In this document: positions 57,972 to 64,000 of the stretch, piece by piece
Numbering within the stretch: the stretch's first letter is position 1
Layout: each line of letters begins with the position of its first letter
IMG/VR virus record: IMGVR_UViG_3300012983_000038
Span: 1-64,000 of that record
DNA from: a virus
Taxonomy: Duplodnaviria > Caudoviricetes
Length of the DNA: 64,000 nucleotides
Direction: 5' to 3' (one strand)
The notes under the pieces: model-generated
What the model saw: only the letters and a program-made list of their open reading frames with translations
What the model was told of the DNA's origin: nothing
The model's database searches: none
Program-made: the position numbers and the translations under genes

Positions 57972-59048
57972 ATGTCAGCAATAAGGACGCCTAGGAATTT
58001 TAGTATAGAAGTTCGGCCGTTTACAAATTCTGGATATTGGAGATTAACCTATATAACATTATTTGAGAAGTTAGGAGGAGAATTACCAACGGGGACGGCA
58101 GAATTTTGGAACGATGGATCAAACGAGTCATTAGAGTTTATAACGAAAGTGACATCAGGAGAGATATTGATAACAGATGAAGAAAATGGGGGAAATCAGT
58201 TTAAAATTCCGTTCCATATTACCTGCCGAAATCACTTTAATAATATGTTAGTGATAAGTTTTGCATGTATAGAGGATAAGAGGTTTTATACAGATAGGAA
58301 GTCATTAATATACAGAGATGGAGTTGAGTCGGCGATAATAAATACGTATCCAGGTCCTATAAATATTAAAGTATCTAGTGGAATAATGAAAGATCCTCCT
58401 GTAATATATCAAATGTGTGAGACTGATTATGAACTGAACAAGAGATTAATTAGGTCATTTAAGTATAACACAGTATATGGTTATGGCTGGGATGGGTTAA
58501 TTATAAAGGATGTGATGGGTAGTAAAGGAAATGGGACTGTAGATTATGAGATAGTAGGAGGATCTATAATGAATAACAAGACCTCTCCGAAATTAAAATA
58601 TAGCAGTACATTAAATCACGAGCCTTTTTTACCATTTCAATCTAGTATTAATAAAGATGAAGAGAGCACAACCATACTAGATCATTATAAAGAGGAGCCT
58701 GAAAATTCTAGGATAATAATGGATTTTGAGAATTATCACATAGTAGGTAAAAGTTTTGAAGAGATGATGATTAATACTGAGAAGAACACTAATCTTTTAA
58801 CTAGTGGAGGATTTTCGGATGTTATTATTTCAGGACCAATAATGCCTACTTACAGACTAGGAGATTTAGTTAAGTATGAGAATTTTGACAAGACTAAGAT
58901 TAAATATCCCTTCAACAAATATATAGTAGCATCAAATGAGTTATTCTATTCAACGGAGGAGAGTAATAAGGTTGATGAGATTGGTTTAAAATTTTCATGG
59001 AATACTAAATTAATAGGAGTAGAAGAAGGCGAGTGGAGCAAGGATTAA
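57972..59048 (+). CDS. baseplate hub protein (gp27-like)
   Basis: Position between the LysM and spike genes; YQMCETDYEL motif. Confidence 0.65.
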   Translation: MSAIRTPRNFSIEVRPFTNSGYWRLTYITLFEKLGGELPTGTAEFWNDGSNESLEFITKVTSGEILITDEENGGNQFKIPFHITCRNHFNNMLVISFACIEDKRFYTDRKSLIYRDGVESAIINTYPGPINIKVSSGIMKDPPVIYQMCETDYELNKRLIRSFKYNTVYGYGWDGLIIKDVMGSKGNGTVDYEIVGGSIMNNKTSPKLKYSSTLNHEPFLPFQSSINKDEESTTILDHYKEEPENSRIIMDFENYHIVGKSFEEMMINTEKNTNLLTSGGFSDVIISGPIMPTYRLGDLVKYENFDKTKIKYPFNKYIVASNELFYSTEESNKVDEIGLKFSWNTKLIGVEEGEWSKD

Positions 59049-59065
59049 AATAGAAGTTTATATTT

Positions 59066-59710
59066 ATGGCAGTTTCTAATAATATTGAGTATTTTATAGG
59101 AGTAGTTTCTTATATTGAAAATGACCCTTATGGACTATTGAATGAGAAGAGCAAGGAGTATCAGGAAGTAGTTTGTGATATACCTGGAATAATAGAAGGA
59201 ATAAAAGCATATCCAAAGAGAACAGGCAATGATGATCCGCAGGTAGGAGATAGGGTATTATTGTCAAGTTTAGATCCTGAATTTCACTCTTACTGGATTT
59301 ATGAGAAACTGATGGAGAATGGTTTTGTAGGTATTAGAAGTAGGGGAAAGATGATTGATATAACTGAGGAGGAAATATCTATAGGAATTTTTAACCCTAA
59401 TGACAAATACCCTGATGCTTATAGACCAGTACCAGACTCTTACATCAAAATAAAAAATGATGGAAATATAGAAATAAGCTCCTTCAATAAAATAGATGTT
59501 AAGGGAGTTAATGTGAAAGTAGAGGGAGAAAATATTGAATTAGATGGAGTTAATATTGATATAAAAGGTAATAATGTTAATCTAGATGGCATTGTTGTAC
59601 CTAGTGAAGATATGAGTGGTCCATTTAATTGTATCCCTATTTGTCCATATACAGGTCAGCCTCATTGTGGAAAAACTATAATATCTAAAAATAAGAAAGG
59701 TAATGAATGA
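59066..59710 (+). CDS. central spike protein (gp5/gpV-like)
   Basis: OB-fold (PQVGDRVLL), beta-helix repeats (IDVKGVNVKVEGENIELDG), Cys/His tip CPYTGQPHC. Confidence 0.75.
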   Translation: MAVSNNIEYFIGVVSYIENDPYGLLNEKSKEYQEVVCDIPGIIEGIKAYPKRTGNDDPQVGDRVLLSSLDPEFHSYWIYEKLMENGFVGIRSRGKMIDITEEEISIGIFNPNDKYPDAYRPVPDSYIKIKNDGNIEISSFNKIDVKGVNVKVEGENIELDGVNIDIKGNNVNLDGIVVPSEDMSGPFNCIPICPYTGQPHCGKTIISKNKKGNE

Positions 59711-60854
59711 AAATCTGAAAAAAGCTATAGACTCTCTTGCTGAAAATCTTTATGACATTTTTATTAAGGATATTGTGAAAAAGACTTCTATTCCGGATGA
59801 GCTTATTCCTAGTGAAGATGATGTAGTGAAGACAGTTACCGATTTCATAAATAATTATAAGAAAAGGAAAGAAGAGAAAAAGAAAAAAGAAGAGGAAAAT
59901 ATTAATAAACTTTCTGAAAACGATAAAGAAAAGGTAAAAACAGAAGAGAATCCAAAAATCAAAGAGGCAGAAGATGAACATGCTGCGGCTAGGGAGAAGA
60001 TGAAAGGTATAATGATGAAAGGAAATGAGAGGGTAGCCGATGTTAAAAAAGATACTGAGGAAAATCTTAAAAAATCTATGTCTGATAAAAAGAATGAGAT
60101 TAAAAAAGATTTGAATCAAGTGGAAATTGACTTAACTGACTTGATCGAACAGACTGGTGAATTAGGAAGTACTATATTACAAATTCCTAACGCAGCTATT
60201 AGTACTGGACCTACGGGAGTTAGTACTAGTCCTGGAAGTGTTGTAATTAATCTGAAAAACCTTAACGAAACAGCTAGAAATATTTGTACTAAAATTGATA
60301 AAATACAAGAAACTATAGATAAATATGAGCCTTTTATTGAGAAACTAGATGAGGAAGATGAAGATGCTAAGATAGTAAAAGAAGCAGTAACAGAATCTTT
60401 AAAAATTATCCAAAGTGTAATAGCTAGTATAACAATCTTAGTAGCTATAACTGGTCAGGTTCCTTCTAGTTGTAAAGATTCTAAAGTTATAGAAGATGCA
60501 AAAAAGGCTAAAGAAGAATTGACTCCAGAAAATATGACTCCTCCTTCTCAAAAATCTTGCTTAAATTGTAAAAATATTAAAGTTGATGATGAGTCTAAGC
60601 AATATATGAGTTTTACAAAGCAACTTATTTGGGATAATTACGTAAATATTGGAGGAGTATTACCAGAGACTGATCCTAATTATGGAGTTTATCAAGAATT
60701 AGTTAAAGTAAAGAATGGAAACTGCCCTTATAACTCTTGTGAATTCTGTAAATTTGCTAGAGACGTTAGAAACAATGAAAAAATAAAAGAGCAGATAATA
60801 CAATATCCAGAAGAGAATCAATTAGGCTCGTTCTGTAAAAATAATACTAACTAA
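59703..60854 (+). CDS. hypothetical coiled-coil protein with C-terminal Cys cluster
   Basis: Clean coupled ORF, K/E-rich. Confidence 0.75.
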   Translation: MNENLKKAIDSLAENLYDIFIKDIVKKTSIPDELIPSEDDVVKTVTDFINNYKKRKEEKKKKEEENINKLSENDKEKVKTEENPKIKEAEDEHAAAREKMKGIMMKGNERVADVKKDTEENLKKSMSDKKNEIKKDLNQVEIDLTDLIEQTGELGSTILQIPNAAISTGPTGVSTSPGSVVINLKNLNETARNICTKIDKIQETIDKYEPFIEKLDEEDEDAKIVKEAVTESLKIIQSVIASITILVAITGQVPSSCKDSKVIEDAKKAKEELTPENMTPPSQKSCLNCKNIKVDDESKQYMSFTKQLIWDNYVNIGGVLPETDPNYGVYQELVKVKNGNCPYNSCEFCKFARDVRNNEKIKEQIIQYPEENQLGSFCKNNTN

Positions 60855-60863
60855 AAAGAAAAT

Positions 60864-61679
60864 ATGAGCGATAATAAATACTTAAACGAAAGTGGATTAT
60901 CTAAACTCTGGGAATTAATTAAAGATAGATTCCAAGAAAAAGGGGCATTAGGAAGTGAGATAGTTTCTATTGAGGTTATAGATAGTAATAGTGGTCTTAA
61001 TTATAGTGAAGAACATCCCTATCATTTTGGAAGATCTAGTGAGGATGTTGAAGGGGTTAGTTATGACGCTCCACATTCATTATTTATTCACCCAGATACC
61101 GATGTGATATATTTTCATAGTGTAGGAAGTGATGGGAGTAAAGCAAGAAATCAAATTTGTAGAATCTATCCTATAGGTAATACTTCTTTTACTAATGGAA
61201 AGAGAGTTACTTTAATAGGGAGCTTTAGTATAATTCCTAGCGGTACAAGTAATGATAAATCTTCTGTATTAGGTGAGTCAACTGAGTTTGTTATAGATCC
61301 ATATCAATATTCTAGAAACTTAATTGGAAAGAATAGTAATGATATAACAGAGGAGAATACAGTTAATTTCAATGGCTATGCTCCTGGAACTACTGATCAA
61401 GTTACGGAGTCATTAGAAGACCAGGCTGATATAGATAAACAATTTAAGAAAGAGTTTATTTATTGGAACAGAAAGTGGTATTCTTGTGATTATAATTTTA
61501 TTCCAACTGCTAATAGTATTAGTTATGGTAATTATTATCCTGTAACTTCAGATTTATTAGCTAAGCAGGGATATGTAGATAATCAAACGTTATACCAAGA
61601 GTTAGGTGGTAAGGAGGAAGCATTAGACTGGATTACTAATACAGAAATAGATACATTAATTGACGATATTTGTAGTTAA
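60864..61679 (+). CDS. tail-fibre-associated protein
   Basis: KYLNESGLSKLWELIK N-terminus shared with the fibres; C-terminal ITNTEIDTL. Confidence 0.65.
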   Translation: MSDNKYLNESGLSKLWELIKDRFQEKGALGSEIVSIEVIDSNSGLNYSEEHPYHFGRSSEDVEGVSYDAPHSLFIHPDTDVIYFHSVGSDGSKARNQICRIYPIGNTSFTNGKRVTLIGSFSIIPSGTSNDKSSVLGESTEFVIDPYQYSRNLIGKNSNDITEENTVNFNGYAPGTTDQVTESLEDQADIDKQFKKEFIYWNRKWYSCDYNFIPTANSISYGNYYPVTSDLLAKQGYVDNQTLYQELGGKEEALDWITNTEIDTLIDDICS

Positions 61680-61745
61680 TCCTTATACTTGGTGCGTTCT
61701 GAGAATAGTTTAAGCATTAACTAAAATATATTATCTTAAGAAATC

Positions 61746-64000
61746 ATGGGAAACAAGTCAATTAAAGCAGAATCAAGTCAAGAACAAGGCTTAGGTTATC
61801 TGTTGAAAAAATTATGGGAAAAAATTACAGGTAAGCTAGATGAAAAAGCTGATAAATCTGAAATATTAACCAAAACTGAAATAGAAGGTGAGTTTTTAAG
61901 TAAGAAAAATAGTACTCAGCAAAGAATGGAGAATAATACTATCGTTACTAACTTAAATGCTGACCTTATTGACGGACTCCATTCTATTGAGCAATTTAAA
62001 CTAGGTAATTGTGATCCTAATTCTGTTGGTCCTGCTTTTGGAAGAAATGCATATTCATCTAGAACTAATTCTTTTGCTATTGGATATCATGCACTAGACC
62101 TAAATAATGAAGGAGATGGGAATAATATTCTGATAGGTGGAAACTCTAGTGCTTATCCAGTAAGTACAGTAAATCCGTACTCTTTTACCTTGAATGGAGT
62201 CGAGGAAAATACATACTCGTTCAACTCTACTTACGAACAAACAGATATATTAAATATTAACGGAACTGACGTAGAATTTACAAATAATTACAGTAATGAT
62301 ACTAAAATTAGGTCGGTCATAGTTATTGAAGGAGAGCTGTTTTATGGAAGTATACCATCTACTGGTCACGAACTTCATACTTATCTCAACATATTTATTG
62401 CAAGCGAACCTCTACCGTATCATTGTCGTATTATACAAGTAACTAAGGAAGTAGTTGGAGGAACTTGTTATTCAATAGTGCTAGTTGATACAGAATCGCT
62501 ATTTGTTAGTATTGATGGAACTTCAGAAATAGTTTGTACATTGATAGGTCAAAGAGGTATGGATTACTCTACTGCAATTGGCTATGGTAGTGGAGTAGGC
62601 TCATCTTTTGCTACTAGCATTGGAAGACAAAATAGTATGAGGGGATTTGGAAGTGTCGGTATAGGAACTAAAGTCGTTAGTAGTAGTGATACTACTGTAG
62701 GAGTAGGTGCTGAGATCTACAATGTTTCTGGTAGTTTTATAGGGATTGGTGGTAAATTAAATAATAAGGGAAACAGTATTACAATGATTGGTCGCGGTTT
62801 GTGGAACAACAATATTACAACTAGTGCTACTATTATTGGAAACTATAATGATCCCAATGACATGAAAAATGCCTCACTAGTATTTGGAGGTGGATATAGT
62901 AATGAGAGAAGGTTTAATATTTTTAAATACACTACTGAAGGTAATTATTTCTTTGGTAGGAGTAATGAAAATAGACAAGTATCATTACTTCTAAGAACAT
63001 CTGAAAAGAATTTTGGATTTAAGTTAGATGAGGTTGGTAAGAGCTCAGTAATATATAACAATAACACAGTAGCTTATGTCCCAACTACTACATCTAATAT
63101 TATCAAGAATGGAGATAATCTTAATTTAGTTCGTGTACAAGAATTAAAGGATTATGTAAATTCTAGTATAGGAGAAGTAGAGCAGAATGTACAAGCGGAT
63201 TGGAGTGAATTAGATGAAACTGCTGGATCTTATATAAAAAACAAGCCAATAATAGGAAATGGAGCAGTAACAGTTAAGCAGAATGGGGAAGTTAAGTCTA
63301 CATTTACATTAGATCAGACTAGTGATGCTGTGATAGAATTGACTGATACTACATACGAGGATGCTACTGTTGATGTTTCCGGATTAATGAGTTCTGATGA
63401 CAAGGCTAAGTTAAATAGTATAGAATCCGGGGCAAATAATTACACTCTTCCTGTAGCTACTAGTTCAGAGATAGGAGGAGTTAAGTCAGGTACAGATATT
63501 ACTATAGATTCTGAAGGTAATGTTAGTGTAAATGATAACAGCCATAATCACTCAGCCGAAAACATAACGACGGGAATATTACCAATAGAGAGGGGAGGAA
63601 CTGGAAAATCTACAGCAGCGGAAGCATTATCCGTATTAGCTTCAAGTTCCACAACACCTACCACGTCGGATATTACGGCTGATGATACTAAAATATTGTC
63701 ATCAAATTCATTAGGGTCTTGGAGTAATGTTTATGCTACGACTGCTCTAAGTGTATGGAATTATGTAAAAGGAAAGCTAAAGACTGTAATTGGGCTTGAT
63801 GAGAGCAGTTATAGTGGAACATCTGACAGAGCTATTTCTGATGGTTCTGGTAATGTAATAGAAGAGACTTACCTTACTAGAGCTGCTGTAGATGAGAAAG
63901 CTAATATTGATTACGTAAATGGCAGATTAGATACTAAAGTTGATAAAGTTAATGGAAAAGGATTATCTACTGAGGATTTTACTAGTCAATATAAGTCAAA
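61746..64000 (+). CDS. tail fibre protein, 3'-truncated by the window end (>750 aa; not in the ORF track)
   Basis: ATG 61746 MGNKSIK...LLKKLWEKI; NLNADLIDG, YadA-like head repeats (STAIGYGS...TSIG...VGIG), VQADW, GLMSSDDKAKL, YTLPVAT, KVDKVNGKGLSTEDFT; start and end segments are in the same frame. Confidence 0.85.
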   Translation, partial: MGNKSIKAESSQEQGLGYLLKKLWEKITGKLDEKADKSEILTKTEIEGEFLSKKNSTQQRMENNTIVTNLNADLIDGLHSIEQFKLGNCDPNSVGPAFGRNAYSSRTNSFAIGYHALDLNNEGDGNNILIGGNSSAYPVSTVNPYSFTLNGVEENTYSFNSTYEQTDILNINGTDVEFTNNYSNDTKIRSVIVIEGELFYGSIPSTGHELHTYLNIFIASEPLPYHCRIIQVTKEVVGGTCYSIVLVDTESLFVSIDGTSEIVCTLIGQRGMDYSTAIGYGSGVGSSFATSIGRQNSMRGFGSVGIGTKVVSSSDTTVGVGAEIYNVSGSFIGIGGKLNNKGNSITMIGRGLWNNNITTSATIIGNYNDPNDMKNASLVFGGGYSNERRFNIFKYTTEGNYFFGRSNENRQVSLLLRTSEKNFGFKLDEVGKSSVIYNNNTVAYVPTTTSNIIKNGDNLNLVRVQELKDYVNSSIGEVEQNVQADWSELDETAGSYIKNKPIIGNGAVTVKQNGEVKSTFTLDQTSDAVIELTDTTYEDATVDVSGLMSSDDKAKLNSIESGANNYTLPVATSSEIGGVKSGTDITIDSEGNVSVNDNSHNHSAENITTGILPIERGGTGKSTAAEALSVLASSSTTPTTSDITADDTKILSSNSLGSWSNVYATTALSVWNYVKGKLKTVIGLDESSYSGTSDRAISDGSGNVIEETYLTRAAVDEKANIDYVNGRLDTKVDKVNGKGLSTEDFTSQYKS

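Noticed and set aside
2139-60119. Numerous short opposite-strand or alternate-frame ORFs in the track (e.g. 3683, 13219, 17554, 21481, 23215, 25630, 42592, 51882, 59685)
   Set aside because: They lie inside well-supported genes and have the F/L/S/I-rich composition of shadow ORFs
1-64000. Stop-codon reassignment as in some gut jumbo phages
   Set aside because: Genes are long and densely packed under the standard code, and TAA, TAG and TGA all end genes at sensible boundaries

Overview
This is an AT-rich segment of a large, probably jumbo, myovirus genome in the standard genetic code. The host is probably Bacteroidota, inferred from the scarcity of Shine-Dalgarno sites and from tail-fibre motifs. 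It carries a distantly T4-like morphogenesis module: terminase, portal, prohead protease, scaffold, major capsid protein, neck proteins, two sheath-like proteins, tube, tape-measure/lysozyme, baseplate and fibres. Upstream lie a repeat-rich non-coding region, a tnpB gene and a helicase-like gene. Five things stand out. (1) About 20 small genes in the head region start with a shared N-terminal leader ending in [K/R]-x-[F/Y]-[S/T/A/G]. The same motif occurs about 16 times in the scaffold, at capsid residues 59-62 and after the protease domain. This suggests a capsid-targeting/maturation code for an injected cargo set rich in glycine-zipper membrane proteins and HExxH proteases. (2) Four cassettes share an ~130-nt leader (palindromic, with poly-G of variable length) plus MILGYDFIEERLF, fused to unrelated payloads. 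(3) Four copies of a 50-nt covarying three-way-junction RNA have tRNA-like T-loop/12-bp geometry and sit in intergenic spaces. (4) An intact TnpB has a truncated omegaRNA end, while a complete matching copy lies 23 kb away. (5) A 2419-aa tail protein has one intact and six catalytically substituted NlpC/P60-like domains. All calls come from reading motifs and synteny by eye; no database searches were run.
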